A stretch of 59,488 nucleotides of DNA, counting the filler, from Sphacelaria rigidula (taxonomy: Eukaryota): assembly GCA_964200075.2 (NCBI GenBank). It is 10 parts of 10 records of this genome, joined end to end, with 100 filler letters (N's around TTAATTAATTAA, not from the genome) between each part and the next. Parts side by side here need not be neighbours in the genome. Positions count along the whole stretch, not along the records: positions 35,755 to 41,613 come from CAXNAA020023924.1; positions 41,714 to 47,572 come from CAXNAA020023925.1; positions 47,673 to 53,530 come from CAXNAA020023926.1; 7 more parts are not named here. One strand, written 5' to 3'. Below, one piece after another: positions 36,420-48,670 of this stretch; position 1 is the stretch's first letter; every line of letters begins with the position of its first letter. The position numbers and the translations under genes are program-made. A model generated the notes under the pieces. That model saw only the letters and a program-made list of their open reading frames with translations. It was not told the DNA's origin and did not search any database.

Positions 36420-37905
36420 GAGAAGCAGTTCCAAAAACAGTGCAGGGTGTTTACAATTCGCAGTTCAAGAACGTATGGATGAATGCGATGAACAAGGAGA
36501 TTGAAGGATTGGAACGTAATAATACTTGGACAGTTGGTTGTAGATACATCGCCAGAAGGAGAAAAAACAGTTGATTTAAAGCGGGTTTTCAGTGGAAACA
36601 GACGAACATGGTTACGTTATTAAAGCAAAGGCTCGGTTGGTGTTCAGGTGGAGACAAACAAGAGACATACGATATTCCGACGTCCTGCAAACACAGCAGA
36701 CAGAGTGGCTGCAGCAGTAGCTGGCGCTGAGGGAAAAGCGACTTTCATTTCGACGTTGAGAACGCTTTCGTTTTTCCTGATCCGAAGGAGGAGGTGTACA
36801 AGCGATTACCGACAGGTCTTGGTGAGCGGTCTGGCACTATCGTACAGTTGAGGAGGACGTTGTACGGCCTTCGACAAGCAGCTAGAGAATGGTTCGGTGA
36901 GCTAGGGAGGACTCTAGGAAGCCTGAGTTTCGAGCAGAGCTCAGCGGATCCGTGCACTTACGGACTGATGGAGAGGGAAGAGATCAAGGTTTCGGTTGAG
37001 AGACATGTTGATGACATGTTCGTCATGGGTGACGATTCTGAATGCAATACATTAGCCGTTGATCTCAATCTTCACTTTCCGACAAAAAATTTGGGGCAAC
37101 TGGTTTTGTACCTAGGATGTCAATACAGGCACGGCCTGGAGAAAGGTGTTCTTAAGTTGACACAGACCGCGTATGACCAGGAGATTATTAAAACGTTCTC
37201 GATCGACAAAACCGCCGGGACCCCCGCATATGTTTCATCTTTGTTCAAGGTTGAGGAAGGAAAGGACTACACGGGAATATACCGACAGGCGGTGGGATCG
37301 TTAATGCGGCTCTCAAACAAGACCCGTCGGGAAATCGCCGATGCCGTGAGAGCTGGGTCCAGACACAACGAGAACCCGACCCCCGAGGACTGGCGGTTAG
37401 TGTTGCGGGTGCTCGATTACCTTAATAGTGCTGTATATTTGGGCATCATGTACGTGAGAGACTCGAGCGAGGAGTGGTTGGCGTAAGCAGACGCCGACTA
37501 CACAATTTCGTGATGAAGGTTCAGTTTCGGGCGGTGCAATCTTTTTTCATGGAGCTGTTGTCGGGTTTTTCTCAAGGACTCAGAAGAACGTCGCGCTTTC
37601 TACTATGCAGGCCGAGTGCGTAGCCGTGGAGGATGTAGTGAAGGATGCGTGTCTCGTTAAGGCGGGGCTTCGATTCATGCTGCACTTCCAGTGACAGCGT
37701 ACGGCGATAATCAGGGGGCCATTCAGCTCGCCAATAATCTGCGAAGCTCACACAACGTCAAACACACAGAAATACGCCATCATTTTTGTAGGGAATTGGT
37801 ACCTGAACAGGTCATTCAGAGTGGACTATGTTTCGTCAGCTGAGCAACATGCTGACGTGCTGACAGAGTATTTAGCTGTGCACAGTTTTCGGTACCACCT
37901 GATGA
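36420..37905 (+). mobile_element. Ty1/copia LTR retrotransposon pol relic (reverse transcriptase + RNase H) with frameshifts and stops
   Basis: W..AM..EI..L..NNTW, KARLV, LYGLRQAAREW, HVDD (YVDD), YRQAVGSL, ADADY, Q..VALST..AE, DNQGAI.LA.N, KH..IRHHF, QHADVLT. Confidence 0.92.
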
Positions 37906-38529
37906 ACATCAGGTGATTTTGGCTGTCGTGAGTGTTCCGGACCTAATTCATACGTCAAGCTATGAACGCTGGAGTGAGGTGCCGACACGAGAATTAACTC
38001 AGTGTATTCCCATTCGGGGTATGATTCATCCAAATAAGATGCGTGTCATAGCCGAGCCCGAGCGGTACTTCGGTTATCGCTTGAGTGTGAGTTTCAACAC
38101 GGACTGTAGTTTGTGTGAAACACCATGTCAATGTTGACGCATGTTGTTGTCGGCGTTTGGGTTCCCGTTGCGCGAAGTTGGGGAGGGGTGCTGATCATGG
38201 GTACAGGAAATGGAGAGCCATGCATCCCTTTCAGGGATGCTGTTCTTTGAAGGCACAGGAAAAGGTGCAGTACGGCTGGATGGTTGAGAGATGATCTTAT
38301 TGATTCGGGGACAAACAGATCGACAGCTAAGCCCGTCGTGTTGCTTCTCCACCTTGGGTCAGTGTGCATGTCTTCTCCCCATTGGTGCTGCTACGCTGGG
38401 TTTAACGATCAAGGATAAAGCCAAACTACTTAGTTTTGAGTGACTACCGGCTCGGCAGTTGGTGCTATTCGAGTAATCCTTCACGTGTTGGTCATACAGT
38501 CGGTGATTTTTGGACCAGGGTGCCTGAAG

Positions 38530-38640
38530 CTTGAAGCATATGAGCGATACCGTGGTGAAGACGTTAAATCAGAAGTTTCGGACCAAACGCCTCGGCGAGT
38601 TGACTTGGTTCATGGGCAGTGGGTACATTAGAGACAGGAA
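38530..38640 (+). mobile_element. Second short copia RT fragment (L.QKF.TK.LGELTWFMG)
   Basis: Parallels LNLHFPTKNLGQLVLYLG in the upstream relic. Confidence 0.6.
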
Positions 38641-39259
38641 GTTCCAAGTAAAAGAGCAACGTGTTGTTGGCGTTTTGACAAGTGCATTGGGGTTTGCTTC
38701 TTTCAGTGAGCATCGCGGTCCTCCTTTGGGTGCCAAGAAGTATGAAAAGAAAAAAGAGTGGTAATTGAATTCTGAGGTCTGACATCAGACAAAATGACGC
38801 TGGGACGGTAGTCGTATGAGCGTATCATGTCTGGATGTATCGGAGCCATACTACAGAGGAACGGCACTCGCAACAAGTCTATCGTCAAATTATTGGACAT
38901 ATTTAACATTGTAGATCATATCGATACCTTCGGAATTGAATCGAGATACATCAAGAGTTGTGGGACATATCAAATGCCCTGTGGGGCAAGGTTATGTTCC
39001 GGGGCAAAACTATGTTCCGCGGGGGTAGATAGCCCCGTTGAGGTATGATTCCAACCGTTCGTTGTAGATCAGAGTTGTCGATCGCCTTTTGGGTCATTTC
39101 CTTTTCATCCTTCGTCTCAACGAGAGATGCACGAAAGTGCTACGTTCAACACAGTTTCACGTTCACTGCACTTTGGTTTACACCAACAGGCGGGAGTGTG
39201 TTCATGCTGCAATGAAGGAAAACATTGCGTGTGTCCCATAGTTTAGTTATTTGCCCGAT

Positions 39260-39735
39260 TTTGAACAGCTTTTCAATTTTGGTCGGGAGTTCAAAATGGG
39301 CACCCCGTTTTGATCAGACACTTGCACACGTCGGACAGCTCATGAGCTACCGAAAATAACAAATCGAAAGGGACTCTCAGATTGCTCATCCAAAAACACA
39401 AATTACGTGTCAGCAGGGCCCGAGAAGCCAAAGCGCGACCTTTGCGCTTCTCCGCGTGCTCGGTGTCCAGCGCTGTAGGGAGAAAATATGGAAAAAGCGA
39501 TCACATGAGCTAGCTCGTGATCCGGATCAGTACACTAATAAGAAGTAATATTTAGGTAGCTCATGAGCTGTCCGATGTGTGGACACTTGTCCGCTGACCA
39601 AGGTTCAAAATCGTTGGGTCCACTTTCAATCAAAGTTTTACTGGTCTTGTTCCATCAAATGCGGTTTTCAATATGTCTTTTCAAAACAGGGGCGATGTTG
39701 AATTCGGACATGTCCGATGAAAGTTTCTCTCATTC
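39260..39735. mobile_element. Degenerate foldback element
   Basis: TCGGACAGCTCATGAGCTACC (39331) mirrored by GGTAGCTCATGAGCTGTCCGA (39555); weaker outer mirror 39285-39320 vs 39673-39710. Confidence 0.55.
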
Positions 39736-39872
39736 TCCATACAGCGAAATAGAAAAGAGATTGCAGCTTTGGATCAACAATGCCGACGAAACTCGTAGGA
39801 TTGATACGCCTGCATTATGTGCTGTTGGAACTGAATTACGGCGGTGTATCATTGTACTGCACCTGTGGATTT

Positions 39873-40010
39873 CACATCCTGGACCATAGATTCTATTGTC
39901 AAAACATTTACTGCGTACAGTATGGAATCTATTGTCTGCTGCAATAGGCGCAATTGTCGATGCTGTACGCAGTACACTTTTTGACTGTGTATTCCATTGT
40001 TCAGGGTGTG
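39873..40010. mobile_element. 138-bp CAC...GTG MITE copy
   Basis: CACATCCTGGAC...GTTCAGGGTGTG; flanks GTGGATTT / CTGGATCT match at 6 of 8. A further decayed copy lies at ~45975-46094. Confidence 0.8.
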
Positions 40011-41894
40011 CTGGATCTTACCCTGAAAACTCGTCGTCATTGCACAACTCATCCGCGGTGTCGCAGCATCTTGTGGGCGTACTCAAGGAAAGCTAAATGT
40101 CATCGTCCACATTGGAACCCACCACGCTCAACACAGCTTTCTGTTTTGCGTACACGAACGATCGCCGCCTTTATCCCGCGTGCGTGTACCTCTGCGTCCT
40201 GCTAACAACGCCCGACTTTACCATCAGCATCACCGCTTCTCTCCAACTGGTCCTGCTGGTCTACAACCATCCTGTCTTGGTCCTGACTTCCGCCCCCTTC
40301 AAACCTAACAGCCTCGCAGAAGTCCCTCAAGCACAAGGCATCGACGCCCCCGCACCCGGCGCCGGCGGTAGCAGTAGGTCGTATCCCTGCTTCTCCAGCA
40401 TGACTGATCGCCCCCCCCGCTTCCCTTCCCTCACGAGTGCTGCCCAGCACACTTGGAGCTAGCTCCTCGTATGGCGAAATAATGAGGTGCTTGAGTGATG
40501 CCGTAGACAGGAGGGCTGATGCTGAGTACGCGTTGAGAGTCGGAAACAGCTACACGTGTTTCAGAGGGCAGCGGCGGGACAGGGGTATACCCATAGGGGA
40601 AGGAGGAGAAGGGATATACTGTAATCACGAGTCATCCATGATCGCAAAAACTAAAATTGAATCTATGATCGACGATGGTATGTATTAGTCGTTTGACCAA
40701 GTGGTCCATCTGTGATACCGGCGTATATGATGTTGGCGTCGTTATTCATTCCGCCCAAAAACGACCACTGTCAACCATCGCAGGATGTGCGGCGGTGCTC
40801 GGGGAGGTTGGGGGAGGTTGCATCGGGATTGTCATGTCGACAACAGTACTTGATTCTGGGGTTTTTGAAGCCTTGTCTCTGGGGTGGGTCCAAGTGATGG
40901 ATCCATGACAAAAGAGCGCAGATGGCGGTAGGACGGAACTTGTCTCTGGTAGTCAATACGCGACGCGCACTTGTGCAACATGCGACTTGACGCTTTCGAA
41001 ATGCAATCCTTGTTGACTCAAACATCGAACGGCGGGCGTTAACGTAGATCAATTGAGCCCGCCGTGGAAAATAGTTCGAATAGAAAATACTAGCGCATAT
41101 TGGGGGGCGTGTTGTCCTCAGCTATCCGCGAAAATCTTCGACTGGGCACTGCCTTCTCTTGCCAAACCTTGGCCGTACCTCGAACCCAAACCCACAACAC
41201 GCTTGACATCCGTTGGTGATGTTGTAGAAAGTGCCCAAGGTGATGTTGAAGAGAGTGCCCTAGGTGGCTTATGCGTTGGCAGAGCTCAAACCGGTGCCGA
41301 TTTGAGCACACACGCGTTCTGCGCACGCTGGCGAAAGTGGGAAGCCTTAAGTTGTCGTGCAACCTTCATCTTGAACGTCACATTGATTGGTGAGATATGG
41401 ATTGTCACACGTTAACGGACGCCCCAAGGATCCAGCCGTAGACTCAATATAACTATACCCACGGTACACAAAACGGGAACACTCGCTGAAGGAAACTCGA
41501 TAAAGGGGGCGAGCGAAGATAGAGAGGACAGAGTAGGCGATGTTTTCTACGATAGCCCCCCCTGCTCCGTCTCGAAAGGGATGCGTGGTCAATGGTCAAA
41601 CGACTAAGGCAAGNNNNNNNNNNNNNNNNNNNNNNNNNNNNNNNNNNNNNNNNNNNNTTAATTAATTAANNNNNNNNNNNNNNNNNNNNNNNNNNNNNNN
41701 NNNNNNNNNNNNNACAGTCAACAATGAGTTGCTTAATTTTGTGGTATCGCCACTTCCAGAGACAGCCACGGCTTTTACACTGCCTCATGGATATCTAACC
41801 CAAGAGGGATTGGGGGTTGGGGGGGGGGGGCGATGCTCGATTTCAGCCTCGCGTCGTTCACGTCCACCAACCCTCCACCCCCCTGTAAACGCAC

Positions 41895-42080
41895 CTTGAC
41901 CACCATGGAAACACCGGACAAGATAGGCTGGAGATAGTAGAACACCAGCAGAATCACGAGCCACGCGATGTTGAGGGCCGAAAACACGTCGACAAGCGTC
42001 TTCTGCGCTCCGGGCATCCAAGACTGAGGCTGAGCTTCCACGAAACCCGTACCCTCCTGCGAGCACTCCACCCAGCCTCC
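41895..42080 (-). CDS. TMC/OSCA-like membrane protein, exon 5 of the visible fragment (GGWVECSQ...SWMPGAQKTLVDVF...SMVVK)
   Basis: CTCAG acceptor, AAG|GTGCGT donor, 186 nt in phase 0, hydrophobic helix. Confidence 0.75.
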
Positions 42081-42214
42081 CTGAGCAGTCGGAGAAGGAT
42101 ATTTTTTCATCACCATTACCATCATAATCATGATCCTTATTATCCCCATGTTTCATCATTTGTCATCCACTGATCAATATCATATCATCATTCGTGGTAT
42201 CGATACGACTCCTG

Positions 42215-42412
42215 TGTTGTCGTCCCATCTATTCTGGACGTCACTCTACACCTTTCGGTGTACGTGGGCGCATCAGCCGGGGTCACACGGGAGTTTTCTT
42301 CTTCGTGTTTGTTTTAGTTTTCCACCTTCCCTCTACGGCGCTTGCCTCTATTTTCTATCGCGAGAGGGGTTCAGTAATCCCTTTCCCTCGTCGACCATCA
42401 CGTCGAATTTTG
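42215..42412. mobile_element. Dispersed SINE-like repeat (partial reverse copy ~54570-54640)
   Basis: GTTGYCGYCC.ATCT.TTCTGGACGYCA...CACCTTTC.GTGTACGT...CGCATCAGCCGGGGT.ACA shared. Confidence 0.65.
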
Positions 42413-42790
42413 AGCTACTACTCCTACTACACGTGCACCGTCTCTCCAACCCGTGGTTGCATACCCTCGCCTTCCAAATACCGTCACTACTCTTCCTCAA
42501 ATACTTCATTCATATGCTGCCCCCAAAAACAAATTTATCGCACGTGCAGGAAGTTACATCAACACACTCCGTGTTTTCTCTACACAACTATAAACACCTC
42601 TCGAGAGGAAACACAGCAAGGTTGCTGCGCTCTTGGAACATTCAGCGACATTGTTCCAAGCACCCCATATTCCATCAAGAGCCGACGGATGGACGAACGC
42701 AAAAAATACACGAAAATTCACGACACGGAACTCAACAGCCAACCAGAATATTACTATGCACAACAACGCGAACACCCACAACCCCCCACC

Positions 42791-42833
<43 letters not shown>

Positions 42834-43093
42834 AAAGCAAATGNNNNNNNNCAGAACCCAAACCCCAACCAAAAAAATACTAACCAAAACACCACCACCC
42901 CCCCCCCCCCCCCCCCCCGTCGAAAAAAAAGAAGACAACATCGTGCCGAATCAATGGGTTACATGCCAACAAACAAAAAAAACTTTAGATGAATGTAATG
43001 TAAACTCATTGCGGCGCCAGAAAAAGCACCACAGTTAATGGCTAACCTAAACTAAGCTTCGTTGGAGTGTAGCACGAAGCACATATACCTCAC

Positions 43094-43367
43094 CTCAACG
43101 CGACAGATATGATCGAACGGCCAGCCAGCGTAGTAGTACAGGGCGAAGAGACAGTGGGCCAAGACAGCCAGGGCCAGATGCCGGCGCGCCAGCTTCGCCA
43201 AGGCGCCGCTCTGACCCGCCGGTAAAGGAGTGCGCCAGGCGCGCATGAACAGGTACTTGTCCGCCCAGTAGGACAGCGTGAGAGAGGCCAGACACAGCCA
43301 CATTGCCAGGGGTAGCACGGGAGCGTACACAAGACAAGCGAAGATCGTCTTGGTTGTGTCGGAATAC
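43094..43367 (-). CDS. TMC/OSCA-like protein exon 4 (RYSDTTKTIFACLVYAPVLP...YWADKYLFMRAWRTP...WPFD)
   Basis: Y.P.LP...YW.DKY...R....P pattern typical of TMC/TMEM16/OSCA superfamily C-terminal helices; canonical splice sites. Confidence 0.8.
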
Positions 43368-43561
43368 CTATGGAACAAGAGGCGGAGGGAGAGAGGGCAT
43401 CCACCGGAGTGAATTGAACACATACATGTCAAGGAGGGCGATTTCAAGTGATGTCTTCTCCTTTCGTCTTCTTTCCCTCCTCAGGTTCCGAGCTGATGGC
43501 GGTTGCTACAAGGTGAAGCACGTGGAGATTAGGTGGAAATTGTACTGGGAATTCGTGTTTT

Positions 43562-43745
43562 GACACTTTCTACGATAGCCCCCCCCCAAAACCAGCTAAA
43601 AGTGTCACGAAAAAAATGGCCANNNNNNNNNNCGTGGGAATTCCCACCTGCTCGTTGTGCTCGGCTTTTCCCATTTCGATTGACGTGAAGATTTTGTCCC
43701 CCAAAACCATGCACGTTTGAGGGGGGGGCTATCGTATAAAGTGTC
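43562..43745. mobile_element. MITE with TIR GACACTTTMTACGATAGCCCCCCC, TTTT on both flanks (internal N gap)
   Basis: 24-bp TIR read directly; lone TIR fragment near 41543-41561. Confidence 0.75.
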
Positions 43746-45007
43746 TTTTGAAGATATCTTTACGATACGTTACGCACTTGAGCACCCTTTCCTTTGACGG
43801 TGAGTGTGTGTGTGTGTGTGTGTGCTCGTTCATGTTCTTTTTCTCTTCATCACTTCATCCTTTGTTCTCTATTTTGGTCCTCAGTTACTCGAGTTGTTCC
43901 ATTTCATCGACCTTTGGGCACGTCACCCTCTGAACCGGGGGTAGGTCGTTTGGATCATGTATGACTTTTTTTCACCTCAAAAATTGACACCAACTCGACA
44001 TGAAACCTGCGCTGGCGTTCAAAGGGTTTACGTTGTACAAAGAGTGATTGATTGCATACCGGACGTCATGTACAAACGGAAAATATTGTTCTGTCACCTG
44101 GGGTGACGGGGGTAAAGGAGGAGAGAGAGGGAAAGAAGTCCTCACTTTTCCACCATGTTCATGATTACTCCTGCACTACCGCGTGATATCCCTTTCGTAA
44201 CGAATAATTTTGATAAAATATCATCTCATTGTTACGACTTCCTACCCCGTCGTGTCGGCATCGCAAATTATGACGAGGAAAGAGACTCATCCAGCTTGGA
44301 GAATTCTCGTCGACCTGGGTCGATAACCTACGGTACGTGGAAGTCGGCACTACACGGCATGTATAGATTTGAATCGGAAGCTACGCATACCATAGTCGTG
44401 ACTCACATACTTCAAGGTGTGATGAGCACCGTATACATAAATTGAGATACATATAGGACACACAAATGATAAAAAATATACAAGCTTGAATCCTGTTCAG
44501 TCAATGGCTCACATCCTCAAAATTCGATGCTTGATGGTGATTGATTGCGTCATCCCTTAGTGGGCATTTTCCAAATAGTTTAATAGATGAAATGCGGGTC
44601 ACCGACCTGCTCAAGCAGCAGGAAACACCGGGAAATTTTTACTTTGCTTGCGTGCATACTCGAGAGAAGAAAAAAAACTGCTTTTCGTTTATAGCAAACA
44701 AGATACAAATAGGGATGAGGACTACCTGTTTTTCACACCGTACACAAACAATTCGAAGACACGTCCCAGCAATGTGGCAAACCATCAAAAGCAGGGATGT
44801 ACATTATGCAGTCACAAATGTTAGACGGGTAAGATCAAACAGAAGAAGTTCCCAACGTTTGTTTGCTTCGAAGAGGAAAAATATATATATATATGAAAGA
44901 AAAAAAAGTGAGAGCGGCTGCCAATAGTATCATAGTACTGTTGAAACAACTCAAAGTTGACAACACAAGGAACAAACAAGCCTATCAATTCGTTGCTCTT
45001 CATTCAC

Positions 45008-45097
45008 CTCTCGGTCATGTACCAGCGCGATCCGGTAAAGTGCGCGTCCATTCCCGACTGAACAACTGCCCTGCGAGCGAGGACATTCCTCGACCAC
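45008..45097 (-). CDS. TMC/OSCA-like protein exon 3 (WSRNVLARRAVVQSGMDAHFTGSRWYMTER)
   Basis: 90 nt, phase 2 at both ends matching its neighbours; TCAAG acceptor; AG|GTGAAT donor. Confidence 0.78.
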
Positions 45098-46133
45098 CTT
45101 GAACAACAACACGAAAAAAAGGGGGGGGGGGGGGAAATCAACGAGCGACACGGACATTTATTTCACGCGTGCAAGGACACGTTCTAATACAAAAAAGGGC
45201 AGGATTCGGTGTCTAGTTTGACATGTTGAGTTGTTCCCATATATTCCCCCCCCACGCAGCACTCCGTCTCGAAACGGATGCGCGGTCAATGGTCAGACGA
45301 CTAAGACAAGCACCTAATGAGTACGCTCCCCCCCCCCACACGGCACAGGAATAAATACACCCACACACACTCATCACTTTTCACCGTTCAATACCGTATT
45401 ATTCCATTCCGTGCCCGAAAATTACAGCATTCGCTCCCGGAGAACCAAAACAGACCAAAGGGGTCACAAAAAGCCTCCTCATTTCGTGACGAGTTTAATC
45501 AAAATCGAGCACCTCGACAAAACAAATGGATGGACAAGCAACCAAGAAAACAGAACACACGAGGTGATTTCAATTTTATCTTCTCCACATTTCGTTAAAT
45601 GGCACGCATGGATGTGAGTGAGCAAGCACATCGTGAGTCGCCAAAAAAAACCCCAAACAAAACCCTTAGACCACGACATTAGTCTTTCTGGATCATGAAT
45701 ACTTTTTTTCGATTGAAATTGATGCCAATTCAACAGAAGACTAACTTTGCCATCTAAGGGTTAAAAGAAAAAAAAAAAAAAACAATGCGATGATATGATG
45801 AATTCCGAAAAATATTTTCCCGGACTGAGTAGGAACGGTGCTCCGTCTCGAAAGTGATGTGTGGTCAATGGTTGAACTACTCATGGAAGCAACAAATGAG
45901 TACGCCACTCCCCCCCCCTCCTTTTCTTCTGTCCCGTCATTCTTCTAATATCAATAATTCCTGTTACTAATGACATGGTCAAAAGTATACTGTGTGCAGT
46001 TTGGAATCTGTTCTCCATTGCAATAGATGCGATACTATAGTCTATACTGTATGCAGTATGCTTCCAGACAGAGCAATCTACTGTCTAGGGCGTGATTCTC
46101 TTCTCCGGTCAAACTAGCAGTACCCTCACACAC

Positions 46134-46291
46134 CTTCCTCGAATGTCCAGCAGACGCAGCGCTGGGGGCACGACGACATTTAGCCATAACACGTCCGCCA
46201 CGAGCTCAAGATTGTCCGCGGTCAGCGTACCCAAGTGATCGTTCAAGAAAAATGGGACGGCCACGAGGTTCACCCACCGTGCCATGGTCAG
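46134..46291 (-). CDS. TMC/OSCA-like protein exon 2 (LTMARWVNLVAVPFFL...PPALRLLDIRG)
   Basis: TGCAG acceptor, AG|GTGTGT donor, phases 0 and 2. Confidence 0.78.
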
Positions 46292-47262
46292 CTGCACGCA
46301 CACAAACACAAACAAAACACAAGCAGGAGGACATTCGAGGCGATGATACACACGGGAGGTACAGGAAGGAGCGGGAAGGAGCGTAATACGCCCGTAGAAA
46401 ACCATCGAAAGCATTATGAATCACGAAAAAAGTCGCAAAAAGTCTTTTTCCTGCCAGGGTACAAGGGATGGCGTGGGAGGTACGTGAAGAAATAACACCA
46501 AGTCCTTATACACGAGAAACATTCCGAGATTTGTGTCGGTTAGGGTAAATACCCGGAAAGTATTTACTCTCCCGAATTTTGTGTTGCGATATTTCGATCT
46601 CGAAACTTCAGCGAAATATTGGGTGAAGCTCGGTACAATGACACCACTTTACTTAGATTTCTGGTGCTCCGAGTGCGATTTTTCAGAATACCTCATGTGT
46701 ACGAAATACCGTACCCGACACACCCCTGAAATATTTGGCATACGTAAATAAAAACCTCAAGTTCACACAGTTTCAAGTGTCAATTTTTCATCCTGTCCGG
46801 GGAAGGACGTGTGCGTTAAAATTGTCACTCTTTCGCGAGCGATTACGCCTTAGAAATCGTCGAGTTGGTGATTCGAAACTAGCCATGATTCGTCCAACCC
46901 TTGAAAAGAAAAAGAAAAAAGAGTATCATGTCTGGACCATGACATCTTGCAACCAATTTGCGTGATCGCACCTGCAACAAAAGTTGACATACGCGCACAT
47001 CCACACCTCACACAACCCAACACAAAGCACAAAACCCTGCAAAAAGCCAGGAAAACACATACCTTGTTCATAATGCTGTACTCCCCCCCCCCCCCAAAAA
47101 AAGAGCACCATGTCTCGACCATGACTCGTTTTTGCGACAAATTTGGGTCATCATACCTATAACAACCGTTCACATACGAGCACGCATATCCATAATGCAA
47201 ACAACACAACACACAACACAAAAACCTACAAAAAGCCAGGAAAACATACCAAAAACACACAC

Positions 47263-47460
47263 CTTGTTCATAATGCTGTACTCCCGCCCAATCTTGTTGT
47301 GGTGTTTCTCCAGCGAAGACACACAGCGCACGACGAGCGGGAGCAGCGCGTCCACCACCATTATCACCACCGCGGTTGCGAAGTTACCCACGGCCTGCAG
47401 CTCCGCCGCAAAAAAGAAACCCACAGCCACCACCACTGCCAACGCGGAAAGGCTCATCAT
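47263..47460 (-). CDS. TMC/OSCA-like protein exon 1 of the visible fragment (...DALLPLVVRCVSSLEKHHNKIGREYSIMNK)
   Basis: Two hydrophobic helices followed by the E.H......S...KL motif; 198 nt; AAG|GTGTGT donor. Confidence 0.75.
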
Positions 47461-47672
47461 CTTCGCGGGGCCAAGAGGGGGGAGGGGGGGGGGGGGGCAA
47501 CAAGGGGGGGGGGGGTTATGGCTTGGGGGATGAGCGTTGTGGTTCACCAGGGGGGGGGGCGGGCGGTTAATCNNNNNNNNNNNNNNNNNNNNNNNNNNNN
47601 NNNNNNNNNNNNNNNNTTAATTAATTAANNNNNNNNNNNNNNNNNNNNNNNNNNNNNNNNNNNNNNNNNNNN

Positions 47673-48450
47673 TGATCGATTGTAGGTGAGGTTGCGTTCA
47701 GCAGTGTGTCAAACCATTCCTTCCATCGTTGCAGGATAGCTTGCTTGTCCCGCAACAGCTCGCCAGTCGCGTTCCGGATGTAGATTGAGTCGCTCTGCTT
47801 CTTCCCTTCCAGTTCCAAGGTCTTGATGTGCTGGTACAGTCCTGCTTGATCCTTCTTGCAAACAAAGTCCGCGGTCCGGACTGTGAACTCGTGGGCAAAT
47901 TCTGCAGCTCAGCATTCTTCACCCGCTTAAACGCCTTGTCCGTCACCTTCAGCGCCTTCTTCAGGGCAGTATCTTTGGGGTTTGCTCGTTGTTTTTTTCA
48001 TACCCTTTCCCGGATGTCCCATGCCGTTTGGAGGCGGTCCTGAGCTTGAGATGATTCACTGAAACCTCTAGATTGGCTTTTCTTGGGGCATCGAGGGAGT
48101 GCATCCGCGGCTGTCTGTCGCAGGGCGTTGGCAAAGGTAGATGCCATGTGGTTGACGTCCGTCACTGCAGGGGAATCAGTGGCATTCGGGAGCTTAACGA
48201 CAACGGCCTGTGCAACAGTAGCCCTCCAGTTTCGGTCGGAGGCGAGGGCTTGGCGGTCGAAACGCACTCCCCTATCCCCGCCTCTCCGTCGGGGTTGGCG
48301 GTTGGGGGCGTTCCGTCCACGGAGACGGATTGCGGCAGAGACCAGACGATGGTCCGATTTTATCTCGGGGTTCACTGTGACATTTCGGACGAGTCTGCGA
48401 TCTTGCTGACGTACGAGGATGTAGTCCAGGCGCCAGCGGTGTTCGACCTT
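47673..48450 (-). mobile_element. RTE-like LINE fragment: end of APE endonuclease and linker preceding RT, frameshifted
   Basis: RLDYILVRQQDRRLVRNVTV...SDHRLV and IRNATGELLRDKQAILQRWKEWFDTLLN. Confidence 0.85.
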
Positions 48451-48451
48451 T

Positions 48452-48670
48452 GGCTATACTAGGAGATAAATGGTGGCCACAGACGGCGAAACAGGACGGG
48501 GATAATATGTGTAGAAGGTTTTTGTGTAATATATGGAAGAAACGTGATGGGCACCTAAACGTTAGAAGTGTCTCTATTAAGAGTAGGAACGGTGCTCCGT
48601 CTCGAAAGGGATGCGTGGTCAATGGTCAAACGACCAAGGCAAGCAGCAAATGAGTACGCCGCCCCCCCCC
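48452..48670 (+). mobile_element. 5'-truncated LINE family A 3' end (others: 14185-14310-, 17726-17777-, 23837-23893+, 41562-41613+, 45263-45337+, 45827-45917+)
   Basis: ILGDKWWPQTAKQDGD...GAPSRKGCVVNGQTTKASSK* then GTACGCC plus a C-run; matches 1310-1520. Confidence 0.85.

Noticed and set aside
42130..43038. 302-aa and overlapping long ORFs
   Set aside because: They run through a dispersed repeat, poly-A, Ns and poly-C, antisense within an intron of the channel-like gene.
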